Below, in pieces: positions 1 to 7,997 of a stretch of 64,000 bases of DNA (positions are counted from its first letter, which is position 1; each line of letters begins with the position of its first letter). Origin of the DNA: a virus; the IMG/VR virus record IMGVR_UViG_3300021225_000287, positions 3,826 through 67,825 of that record. One strand, given 5' to 3'. Under the pieces are notes generated by a model, which was given only the letters and a program-made list of their open reading frames with translations, was not told the DNA's origin and did not search any database. Made by a program: the position numbers and the translations under genes.

Positions 1-2
1 AT

Positions 3-887
3 GGCAAACCTGCTGAAGGTACGGAGCTTCCCGAGGATATCTACCTGCGTTACGAACCTACTAAGGAACTGCTGTACATCGACACTAAGGTGTTCGCTTG
101 GCTTGAACTTGAAGAGACCATGAAAGTCTGGAGAAAGTCATACCAATATTGCGGCCCAATGGTCAAGCGCATGGCATCAGGTACGGGGCGTATCCTTCAG
201 CCGACTCATGTGGTGGTCTTTGATCTCTCAGAGAAACCCGAGGAGCGTGCCGCTCCCATAAAGCCGCGCCGGGGCAAACCTCTTCAGATCGAACAAGTCA
301 GGGCACGAGAGGCCGTAGCCAAGAAGACAGAAGAAACCATGATGTCTGTGAACCGCAGGATAATCGCCCTGCGTGAAGAACACGGAAGGCTTCCTTTATT
401 CAAGGAAGTGGAGTCCATCCTTCGTGAGTCCAAGCTGATTCTGGCTGAGGCATATCGAGTAACGACCAAGGGAATGAAGCGTGGCCCGGCCAAGGGTACT
501 AAGAAGCGGAAGCATATCCCACAGGAAGAGCGCATCAGGCTCGACACCATCGATGCCTTCGTGAAGGACAACATCCACGCCATTCATCGCATCCTCAAGC
601 GGTTCATCATAACCGGGGGTAAGCAGAAGTGGGAGGATAGAAACTTCAGACCTCGCCTTCCCGAGGCGGACTGGGCCGGGCGCTACGAAGAGATAGCCAA
701 TGAGGAGAATGGGTATACTACCAAGACCCTCTACATCCCGGTGTCTGTGCTGAAAGCCATGCCAGAACTGGGCAACTACACGATGGACTATCGGTTCGTT
801 CATAAAAGGTATCGCCGGGTCGGTGATCACACAGCCTACTGCGCGGTGTTTAATATGGATAGGAAGTTCATAGGTGTTGACAACTGA
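3..887 (+). CDS. Hypothetical DNA-binding protein, 5'-truncated by the window edge; carries segments resembling the primase-helicase C-terminal domain
   Basis: The frame of ORF 90..887 stays open back to position 3 (GKPAEGTELPEDIYLRYEPTKELLYID...). LRYEPTKELLYID...KRMASGT resembles IRVEQDTSRMYIS...KRLAEGT at the end of 15609..18581. Confidence 0.6.
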   Translation, partial: GKPAEGTELPEDIYLRYEPTKELLYIDTKVFAWLELEETMKVWRKSYQYCGPMVKRMASGTGRILQPTHVVVFDLSEKPEERAAPIKPRRGKPLQIEQVRAREAVAKKTEETMMSVNRRIIALREEHGRLPLFKEVESILRESKLILAEAYRVTTKGMKRGPAKGTKKRKHIPQEERIRLDTIDAFVKDNIHAIHRILKRFIITGGKQKWEDRNFRPRLPEADWAGRYEEIANEENGYTTKTLYIPVSVLKAMPELGNYTMDYRFVHKRYRRVGDHTAYCAVFNMDRKFIGVDN

Positions 888-940
888 TGTGATGTGTTTA
901 AAACTATCCGTGCGTGGGGCGTTGCCCCGTAGGAGGTGAG

Positions 941-1141
941 ATGGTAGACGATGCGAAACGCTGGCGGTTCCTGCTGTCAGGAAGTGTTGAGGTTAGTCAC
1001 CTCTATAACGATGATGGCATCATGGTGGGCATGCTGTTGGAGACTGACACGGAGATTGTCGAGTGCCATAGCCCACAGGAAATAAACGCGGTCATAGACC
1101 GCTGGATTGGAATGACGCACTTCAGTGCGAACATACATTAA
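941..1141 (+). CDS. Hypothetical protein
   Basis: AGGAGG at 931-936 before ATG 941; DAKRWRFL is a common small phage protein motif. Confidence 0.6.
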   Translation: MVDDAKRWRFLLSGSVEVSHLYNDDGIMVGMLLETDTEIVECHSPQEINAVIDRWIGMTHFSANIH

Positions 1142-1156
1142 AACAATTGGAGATGA

Positions 1157-1378
1157 ATGATGTTGAACTTAACTGAAGCCTTCGGCTCATGGATTCTGGA
1201 CACCAACAAGGGGTTGTGGTTCGGAGTGATTGTCACCCTGCTAGCCGGGTGGATCGCCTTCAAGTCGGTGTTCGGATCGGTCACGATCCTGTTCGGCAAG
1301 GAGTTTGAATGTGCCATGGCAGTCCCTTATGGACTGGGCACCAAGTGTGTCGAGTATCACGCGAAGAGGGTGAAGTGA
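1157..1378 (+). CDS. Small membrane protein
   Basis: GGAG RBS; hydrophobic stretch LWFGVIVTLLAGWIAF. Confidence 0.6.
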   Translation: MMLNLTEAFGSWILDTNKGLWFGVIVTLLAGWIAFKSVFGSVTILFGKEFECAMAVPYGLGTKCVEYHAKRVK

Positions 1379-1379
1379 G

Positions 1380-2405
1380 ATGACTACCTACCACGATGTT
1401 TCTTTGGACTACAAGAAGACACGCATCCCTTCGGAAACATTTCAAGGAGAAGAATGGTTTGATCTAAAGCGCGTGCTTATCGCTTTGGGTTATGCCAGTT
1501 ACACAACGCATCAAGAGAACTCCCTGCGCGACAGCGGTGTGCGCCTGCACATAAAAAGGAAAAGGGTCTACGCGAACATGGAAGCTTTGGAGTACATGCG
1601 AGACAACATTGCGATGTCCGCTAGAAAGAGAGCCAACCTTGTAGCCCTGCTATCGATACTCAAAAAGAATGATGTCGAAAATGAGGCGCGTGTTTCTTTT
1701 GTCTCCCAAACAATAGAGGAATGGCTCAATAGCACTTCAGATGAAGATGAAGCGCCCGCGCAAGCGGTGGAACCCGTTCGGGTGATAACCGCAGCAGATT
1801 TACGATTGGTACCCGCAAAAGCACTTTGGCAGAGAGCACAAGTAGATAGCGAAGCACCGCGCATCTACATAGCTGGACGTATGGGGAGTTCGGAATATGA
1901 AACATATGATTGTTGTAACGCGCCAGAGGGTAGAGGTTGGCTACGCATAGACTTAGATAAGTCAGACGGCAAGGGAGAGATATATAGGGAGGGTGAGCCT
2001 GTTTCCTTCTGGTTTGGGGCAAAAGAGTATACATATGTTGGCCCTTTTTTCTTAGGTGATAACCACGGGGGTTTTGCTAACCCCGGTCACCACATGATTG
2101 ATGAAAATTCGTATGGAGAAGTGACCCAACGTGATGTGGTGGATGTATGCAAAAGACAAATAGCTTCCGCTGATTTGGTCTTCGCGTGGTTGGGATCGGA
2201 CAGCCATAAGGCGCACGGCACGCTTACTGAGATAGGCTACGCTAAAGGTTTGGGTAAGCCTGTATTTGTAGCTAGTGCAGAATCTGACTCAAAAGAAACG
2301 TGGTTCGCCAAACTTTTGGCTGACAATTGGTTTGAAGGCGAAGACTTTATTTCAGGGTTTCGGCAAGCGGTCATAGCATATGAACAACAGCTACGAGCGG
2401 CGTAA
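1380..2405 (+). CDS. BRO-N-like domain fused to a nucleoside 2-deoxyribosyltransferase-like (NDT) domain
   Basis: N-terminal GEEWFDLKRVLIALGY is BRO-like. C-terminal RIYIAG...IASADLVFAWL...GTLTEIGYAKGLGKPVFV matches NDT/RCL motifs including the catalytic Glu. Confidence 0.65.
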   Translation: MTTYHDVSLDYKKTRIPSETFQGEEWFDLKRVLIALGYASYTTHQENSLRDSGVRLHIKRKRVYANMEALEYMRDNIAMSARKRANLVALLSILKKNDVENEARVSFVSQTIEEWLNSTSDEDEAPAQAVEPVRVITAADLRLVPAKALWQRAQVDSEAPRIYIAGRMGSSEYETYDCCNAPEGRGWLRIDLDKSDGKGEIYREGEPVSFWFGAKEYTYVGPFFLGDNHGGFANPGHHMIDENSYGEVTQRDVVDVCKRQIASADLVFAWLGSDSHKAHGTLTEIGYAKGLGKPVFVASAESDSKETWFAKLLADNWFEGEDFISGFRQAVIAYEQQLRAA

Positions 2406-2640
2406 GGATACGGTGCCTGCCTACTGGGTAGACATCTACGGGGTTCTCAAGGAAGTGAACTGGGTTAAGAAACCAAAGGCTACGCACCGCCCACTTACAT
2501 GGGCGGACACTCCGATCAGCAAGGAGCGATTGAAGGAGTTGTGGGTTCAGGCAGAGGGTAAGCCGCTACCTTTTGCCCGGCTCGTTGAGTTGGAACATGC
2601 AATTAAAGAATGGGAGATTGAAGATGAGCGCGATAACTAA
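2380..2640 (+). CDS. Hypothetical protein
   Basis: ORF in a tightly packed early gene run. Confidence 0.55.
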   Translation: MNNSYERRKDTVPAYWVDIYGVLKEVNWVKKPKATHRPLTWADTPISKERLKELWVQAEGKPLPFARLVELEHAIKEWEIEDERDN

Positions 2641-2974
2641 TCACCACTCGGTGATCCCCACCCTGCCGGGCTACTACGTACTGGATGCGGTACATGGTGA
2701 TGCAGGAATTGAGGAGCTTGTGAAGATCCCGATTGTGGCGTGGGCGATCACGTACAATTACGTTCCGAATGAAGAGGATGTGAAGTTCCTTCATGCACAA
2801 CCTGTCACCTATGATGGAGCAAGCCACGGTAGTCACGCTCAGCGCATGGCTATCCTTAGCCCGGAAGGTACGGTGGATGAGCCTTTCTTCTGTACGTGGG
2901 AATCTGTGGATGAGTACTTAAACCATTTGAGAAAAACCGATGAATACAAAAGAATGCAAGCAAGCGATCTATGA
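2624..2974 (+). CDS. Hypothetical protein
   Basis: GGAG upstream of ATG 2624; overlaps neighbouring genes. Confidence 0.55.
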   Translation: MSAITNHHSVIPTLPGYYVLDAVHGDAGIEELVKIPIVAWAITYNYVPNEEDVKFLHAQPVTYDGASHGSHAQRMAILSPEGTVDEPFFCTWESVDEYLNHLRKTDEYKRMQASDL

Positions 2975-3098
2975 AGTCTTGGATGACACACTGGAAGGCC
3001 TGTACTACAGGCTGACCATGGAGACAGAGCTCAGCACGGACGAAATCAAGGAACTCATTGATGAAGTTTTAGGCGAGCTGGGTTATGGAAACCACTAA
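2940..3098 (+). CDS. Small acidic hypothetical protein (not in ORF track)
   Basis: Read by hand: MNTKECKQAIYEVLDDTLEGLYYRL...GYGNH*, filling a gap in the operon. Confidence 0.45.
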   Translation: MNTKECKQAIYEVLDDTLEGLYYRLTMETELSTDEIKELIDEVLGELGYGNH

Positions 3099-3208
3099 AT
3101 GCAAAAAATGTTATGACCACCACCCCATCGATAGCTATCGGGGGATGAAGTTCTATGTGTGCCCTGTGTTGAACCGGGTCCTGCTTTTGAATGATGGAGA
3201 AGAAGACA

Positions 3209-3673
3209 ATGAAAAGAAAGTTGACGAACACCGGAAGGATTCTGGATGTACTGAATAAGTCCTTTGGGTTGACCCGCGCTGAACTTGCTAACCGACTCGG
3301 TGAGTCGAGAGATACCATCAGGAAGACCCTGCATGCCATGCTCAAGGATGAGCGCATTGCGCGTGTGATCGGCGATGACGGCGTTGAGATCTACAACATC
3401 ACGGATGCGGGGAAGGCCAGACTGACTAGAGAGGTGGAGGGTATGACTTCTGTTATCAAACCTTATAAGCCTGTATACGCCCCAATACCCGATGAAGTTC
3501 TTCAGCAAGACTGCGATCACGCTATAAATAAGGCATGGTCTCACATGGTAGAAGAAGCTGAACAGCGTGGGTTCGCTAAGGGTTACGCCGAAGGCATCAA
3601 AACCTCACAAGCGCAGGCGTATCAAGATGCCAAGTTGGACATTGTCAAAAAGCTCGTAGGAGTAGTGACATGA
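3209..3673 (+). CDS. Winged-helix (MarR/PadR-like) DNA-binding protein
   Basis: ILDVLNKSFGLTRAELANRLGESRDTIRKTLHAM...YNITDAGKARL is a typical wHTH pattern. Confidence 0.7.
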   Translation: MKRKLTNTGRILDVLNKSFGLTRAELANRLGESRDTIRKTLHAMLKDERIARVIGDDGVEIYNITDAGKARLTREVEGMTSVIKPYKPVYAPIPDEVLQQDCDHAINKAWSHMVEEAEQRGFAKGYAEGIKTSQAQAYQDAKLDIVKKLVGVVT

Positions 3674-3921
3674 TGGGATTAATCCTCGCCGGAGCCATGG
3701 TCCTCACTCCTACGGGGCGTGAGTACATTCAGCCTATGGGTGGCAACAGCTACAACATCTGGTCCAGCAATGGCATCACTCAGGTCAGGGATTTTGACGG
3801 GTGGACTCAGATCAAGGCTCCTGATGGGGCAACGACTACGATCTGGCCGGACAATGCGCGTGAGGTTCCTGTACTGCCTGTAGTCCCAGTTGGGACGGAG
3901 GGTGGTGATGGATCGGAATAA
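3670..3921 (+). CDS. Hypothetical protein with hydrophobic N-terminus
   Basis: ATGA overlap with the previous gene; GGAG RBS. Confidence 0.5.
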   Translation: MMGLILAGAMVLTPTGREYIQPMGGNSYNIWSSNGITQVRDFDGWTQIKAPDGATTTIWPDNAREVPVLPVVPVGTEGGDGSE

Positions 3922-4138
3922 GCTCAAAGGCCGCCCTTTCAGGGATGAGGATGTTCAGGTCATTGTGGAGGAAGTGGCTTATCTCGTAGGTAACGGATAC
4001 CGAGAGAGGGATAAAGAGCAGATCCTTGAAGGACTCGAAGTCGCATTGGATGGATCGACTAAAGACGAATGGCGCAGATGGACTGGTATGAAACTGCGCA
4101 ACGTGATAGAAGACTTGTACTACCTAGGGACTCCCTAG
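3908..4138 (+). CDS. Hypothetical protein
   Basis: GGAGGG RBS before ATG 3908. Confidence 0.5.
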   Translation: MDRNKLKGRPFRDEDVQVIVEEVAYLVGNGYRERDKEQILEGLEVALDGSTKDEWRRWTGMKLRNVIEDLYYLGTP

Positions 4139-4217
4139 AGCAACGATTACGCCGCCCTACCATTAATTAATGGACTGTATGGGAGTACAGGGGCGGCACC
4201 CTATTTGGAGAATTAAG

Positions 4218-4448
4218 ATGAGTAAGAACACTGGAGGCCCGGCGTTTCCTACAACCAAGGAGAGCCGTATGGAAATCTGCTCAGAAGGTATGACCCTCCG
4301 CGATTACTTCGCGGCCAAGGCAATGCAGGGGTTTTTGGCTAGGGACGATGTGTTTAATTTTGAAATGTTTAAGCAAGATCCTTGGCGGGTAGCCATGTGG
4401 TCCTATGAAGCCGCTGATGCCATGATTGCGGAGAGGGAGAAAGAGTAA
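4218..4448 (+). CDS. Conserved small phage protein (GGPAFP...GMTLRDYFAAKAMQ family)
   Basis: Recognisable motif of a widespread phage hypothetical family; GGAG RBS. Confidence 0.75.
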   Translation: MSKNTGGPAFPTTKESRMEICSEGMTLRDYFAAKAMQGFLARDDVFNFEMFKQDPWRVAMWSYEAADAMIAEREKE

Positions 4449-4684
4449 TGGACACTAGTTGGATTGAGTATTTCCTTATAGGACTTTTGGCGGTGCTCGC
4501 CATGTTCATCGTGTGGGTGTTCGCTGTAGGTCTCCCTGCTTCCTTAGAGTACGAACGTCAGTTCGTAGCGGCTTGCACTCAAGCCGGAGGTGTACCCAGT
4601 AAGTACGAGACGATGGTCGGTAAGACCTCACACAGCGAGCGCTTGTGCATCAAGAAAGAGAACATCGTGGAGGTGGGGGAATGA
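4448..4684 (+). CDS. Small membrane protein
   Basis: TAATG coupling; one transmembrane stretch. Confidence 0.6.
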   Translation: MDTSWIEYFLIGLLAVLAMFIVWVFAVGLPASLEYERQFVAACTQAGGVPSKYETMVGKTSHSERLCIKKENIVEVGE

Positions 4685-4959
4685 GTGAAGCACCGAAGAA
4701 GATTTGGATCTACGGAAAACAATGGCAGGAGTCACCTGAGTTTTACCCGATGACTTTTGAATCAGATAAACCGATAGTGTCCAAGGAACCCTACATCCGC
4801 GCCGACATTGTTGACGAGTTGGTGGAGGCGTTGAAAGAAGTCATGGATGCTCATAGTGATCGTGTAAAAGAATTGTCTTATCAGAAGGGAATTCTTGTGG
4901 GTGATTCTCGACTGGCAAATGCCAGAGCCGCACTCGCCAAGGCGCGGGGGGAGGGATGA
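4681..4959 (+). CDS. Hypothetical protein
   Basis: MSEAPKKIWI...YIRADIVDELVEAL...ARAALAKARG is a common phage early-protein pattern. Confidence 0.65.
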   Translation: MSEAPKKIWIYGKQWQESPEFYPMTFESDKPIVSKEPYIRADIVDELVEALKEVMDAHSDRVKELSYQKGILVGDSRLANARAALAKARGEG

Positions 4960-5078
4960 TTAGAGACTTTACGGATTTACTGATCGCCATTTTCCTCATG
5001 GCAATGATTACGGCAGCTATTGTTGGGATAGGGGCTAAAGAACATCAGCAAAGTGTTTCTTGTGGAGTAGAGCCATGA
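4956..5078 (+). CDS. Small membrane protein (not in ORF track)
   Basis: ATGA overlaps at both ends; MIRDFTDLLIAIFLMAMITAAIVGIG... Confidence 0.5.
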   Translation: MIRDFTDLLIAIFLMAMITAAIVGIGAKEHQQSVSCGVEP

Positions 5079-5566
5079 CTGACAAAGCGCGTGAGTTGTT
5101 GGAACGGTGTCTTCGCCGCTTTTACAAAAGCGGATACGAGTGTAGTCAGTTGGTTGAGGATATTGAAAACTTCCTCTCCACCCCAGAGCCAACGCAGGAT
5201 GAGCCTGTCGATATTTCCGACAAGTCCGAGCCAACAGTCGCGGCAATCCTTCCGAATGGCGTAGCTGTATCGAATGTTTATGAAGCCTATGAAGCGGGGT
5301 TAAAGGAAGTGAGATTGCAGGATGATGAGCCGATTGGAGTTGTAGAAATTATTGATACAGATGAAGACGGAGACGCATATGCGTGGGTTGGTCTTTATCA
5401 ATCTGTGAATTTGGGTGATCTGCTCTATCTTCACCCCGCCCCGCGCCCAGAGTTTGTGAGGTTGAGTGAGGAGGAAGTGAACAGCCTGACCTATGCTCCG
5501 TATGAACCGTATGAACTGATCTGTGCGGTGGAAAATATGCTGGAGAGAAAGAACCGTGAGCGATGA
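5075..5566 (+). CDS. Hypothetical protein
   Basis: ATGA overlap; mosaic early-protein style with 'EP[VI]' motifs. Confidence 0.6.
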   Translation: MTDKARELLERCLRRFYKSGYECSQLVEDIENFLSTPEPTQDEPVDISDKSEPTVAAILPNGVAVSNVYEAYEAGLKEVRLQDDEPIGVVEIIDTDEDGDAYAWVGLYQSVNLGDLLYLHPAPRPEFVRLSEEEVNSLTYAPYEPYELICAVENMLERKNRER

Positions 5567-5789
5567 TTTCTGGTACGACCGACCCAAGGAGGTGAGGGAT
5601 AAGATCCGAAACGCCTCGATGGGTAATAGAAACAGGTGGAGGGAGGATCTCACACCGAAATATGAGGAGGTGAAGAAGCTGGTGGCTGATGGCGTGCAGG
5701 TGTCCTGTGCTTGCGAGGCTGTGGGGATCACACGGGATCAGTATTACCGTAGGAAGAGGATCGAGATTCATGGGAGGGATAGGGTATGA
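5556..5789 (+). CDS. Small helix-turn-helix protein
   Basis: VKKLVADGVQVSCACEAVGITRDQYYR is an HTH pattern. Confidence 0.55.
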   Translation: MSDDFWYDRPKEVRDKIRNASMGNRNRWREDLTPKYEEVKKLVADGVQVSCACEAVGITRDQYYRRKRIEIHGRDRV

Positions 5790-6004
5790 GTAAATACGCT
5801 GAGGGAAACTACCTCATCATTGGGTTCGACCCGATGGGTACGAAGCTGTTCACTAAGCTGGCCGCAAGTCAGAGCCATCTGGGTGCGATTGATGAAGGCG
5901 AACAGGCGATTCAGGATCAGGCCTGTGCAAGCTACGTCACGCTGAGAGTTCAGCACAATTCAAAGACGGTGGAACAACAACTGTGGGAGAAGAGGAATGA
6001 TTAA
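5786..6004 (+). CDS. Hypothetical protein
   Basis: ATGA overlap; RBS present. Confidence 0.55.
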   Translation: MSKYAEGNYLIIGFDPMGTKLFTKLAASQSHLGAIDEGEQAIQDQACASYVTLRVQHNSKTVEQQLWEKRND

Positions 6005-6218
6005 GTTCAAGTCGTGGGGCCCGGCTACCTACACTGTAGGAGAGTTGATAGAAAAACTGCAGGAGTACCCTAAAGATCTAGCCGTGATCGCAGAATGGGA
6101 AGGCACGAAAAGAGCCATCTATGGAGCATGTTTTACAACCGGAGAGGTGATGTACGAAGGAACCATATCCCAAGCCCTGCTAGTAGATGTAGAAGAATTA
6201 TGCGAGGAAGAAGAATGA
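5997..6218 (+). CDS. Hypothetical protein
   Basis: TVGELIEKLQEYPKDLAV is a common phage motif. Confidence 0.6.
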   Translation: MIKFKSWGPATYTVGELIEKLQEYPKDLAVIAEWEGTKRAIYGACFTTGEVMYEGTISQALLVDVEELCEEEE

Positions 6219-7378
6219 GCGCCGAAGCCGAAGAACTATGCAATCAAGGTCTGGAGTTGATGACTCAGCACAAGTGGAAAGAAGCTGAGAAAAAAATGAT
6301 GATGGCTCTCGACCATGACGGTAACAGCCCGGAACTGCACTATAACTTAGGCAAGTGCCTCTTTCATCAGGATAAATACGGCGACGCGATGCTGGCTTTA
6401 TATAGGGCGGTGAAGTTGAGGACGTTTTACCACGAAGCTCACGCTCTTATGGGTAGCTGTTGCTACGCTGTGCATGATTTATATGGTGCTAAGAGCAGTT
6501 TCACGATGGCTAGGAAGCCGTTGGATGACGGGGATTTCACTCGCGAGTGCATGACGGCTAGGGCACACTGCTATCTGGCTGGTGGTGAGTACACCGTAGG
6601 GTTTGAAGAGTATGAGTACAGGCTCAAGGAGCCCAACACATGGAACGGCACCCAGTCTCTCGTAGGGAAAACCCTGCTCGTTAAAGCAGAGGGTGGGCTC
6701 GGAGATCAGATTTTCTTTGCGCGGTACGCGGTTATGCTGTCGGAACTAGGCGCAGGATATGTGATCTGGGAAGTGGATGAGCCGTTGGCTTCCTATTTTA
6801 AAGCTACGTGCGGAGGTGTAGCGGTACGAGGTAGAGAAATCCCTGAGTGCGACTACATGGTTCATGCAGGTAGCCTGCCGTATATCTTTGGTACCAAGAC
6901 GGGGACGATCCCTGTGTTCGATAGTGTGTCATCTTATGTGGAGAAGCCCAAGCGTATTGGTCTCGCCTGTTCTGGAAACCCACTGCACCCTGATGATCAT
7001 CACAGGTCTATTCCACTCGCTGAGTTCGCGCCTCTGCTCGATTTAGATAAGAAGTTCTTCCTCATGCAGAAGGATTTGCGGCATACGGATCGCCCGCACT
7101 TTAGGAATATCGAAGAGGTACCCGCCCGCGATGTGCTCGCTATGAGTGAATGGGTTAGAACAATGGATCTCGTCATCACGGTAGACACCATGATTGCACA
7201 CCTTGCGGGTGCTGAGGGAATTCCTACGTGGCTTTTGCTACCATACGCACCCGACTGGCGTTGGGGTCTCGAAGGAGAGAAAACTCCTTGGTACCCATGT
7301 ATGCGGATCTTCCGACAGGGAGCGGACAGGGAGTGGGGTCCTGTGATTCAACGTGTGGTTGAGGAGTTGAGCAAATGA
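6215..7378 (+). CDS. TPR-repeat protein with a GT9-like (heptosyltransferase-family) glycosyltransferase domain
   Basis: N-terminal TPRs (PELHYNLGKCLFHQDKYGDA); AEGGLGDQIFFARY, RIGLACSGNP, DLVITVDTMIAHLAGAEG, PDWRWG, TPWYP motifs. Confidence 0.8.
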   Translation: MSAEAEELCNQGLELMTQHKWKEAEKKMMMALDHDGNSPELHYNLGKCLFHQDKYGDAMLALYRAVKLRTFYHEAHALMGSCCYAVHDLYGAKSSFTMARKPLDDGDFTRECMTARAHCYLAGGEYTVGFEEYEYRLKEPNTWNGTQSLVGKTLLVKAEGGLGDQIFFARYAVMLSELGAGYVIWEVDEPLASYFKATCGGVAVRGREIPECDYMVHAGSLPYIFGTKTGTIPVFDSVSSYVEKPKRIGLACSGNPLHPDDHHRSIPLAEFAPLLDLDKKFFLMQKDLRHTDRPHFRNIEEVPARDVLAMSEWVRTMDLVITVDTMIAHLAGAEGIPTWLLLPYAPDWRWGLEGEKTPWYPCMRIFRQGADREWGPVIQRVVEELSK

Positions 7379-7563
7379 ACGAAGAAACCATAGACGCCTG
7401 CATTAAAGAACTGGTCCAGATCAGAAGAGGACTGAACTTACTGGCTGACCAAAAGATCATGAATACCGGGAAGGGTGACTTCTTTATGGACGGTCAGGTG
7501 AACGGACTTAACATAGCGATTGCTGCGTTGGAAGATTTTAAATTGGGGGAAGGCGATGTTTGA
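7375..7563 (+). CDS. Hypothetical protein
   Basis: ATGA overlap; GAGGAG RBS. Confidence 0.5.
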   Translation: MNEETIDACIKELVQIRRGLNLLADQKIMNTGKGDFFMDGQVNGLNIAIAALEDFKLGEGDV

Positions 7564-7744
7564 CGAGACCTGCAAATGGATCAAGAAAAATCATCTGGTC
7601 TGGAAAACGGAGTGCGATCATCAAATTGGAACGCCTCGAAGCTGGGAGCCAGAAGGAAATTGCATGTGCTGCAAGAAACCATTGGAGGTAGTGAATGACA
7701 CCCGAAGCGAAGGTAAAGAAAGACATCAGGAAGATCTTGGATGA
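7556..7744 (+). CDS. Small Cys-rich (Zn-ribbon-like) protein
   Basis: TCKW...WKTECDH...CMCCKKP. Confidence 0.5.
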   Translation: MFDETCKWIKKNHLVWKTECDHQIGTPRSWEPEGNCMCCKKPLEVVNDTRSEGKERHQEDLG

Positions 7745-7997
7745 GTACGGTGCTTGGCACTGTATGCCTATGGGTACTGGCTATGGTAGGAGCGGGGTCC
7801 CTGATCTGCTTGTTTGTTATCTCGGAAACTTCATTGCCATCGAAGCCAAAGCAGGGGACAATAGGCCCACCGCGCTGCAAGTGCGAGAACTTGAACGAAT
7901 CAAAAAAGCCGGAGGCTACGCCTTGTTGGTCAACGAGTCCAACATTGATTACCTGAGGCAGCTTTTAGAGAAGATTAGAGAATGCCCACAATCATAA
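7695..7997 (+). CDS. VRR-NUC domain nuclease (Holliday junction resolvase-like)
   Basis: TPEAKVK...GRSGVPDLLVCYLGNFIAIEAKAG..PTALQ. Confidence 0.85.
   Translation: MTPEAKVKKDIRKILDEYGAWHCMPMGTGYGRSGVPDLLVCYLGNFIAIEAKAGDNRPTALQVRELERIKKAGGYALLVNESNIDYLRQLLEKIRECPQS

Noticed and set aside
877-905. sigma70 promoter at TTGACA 877
   Set aside because: The -35 is perfect, but no convincing -10 hexamer lies at 16-18 nt spacing.
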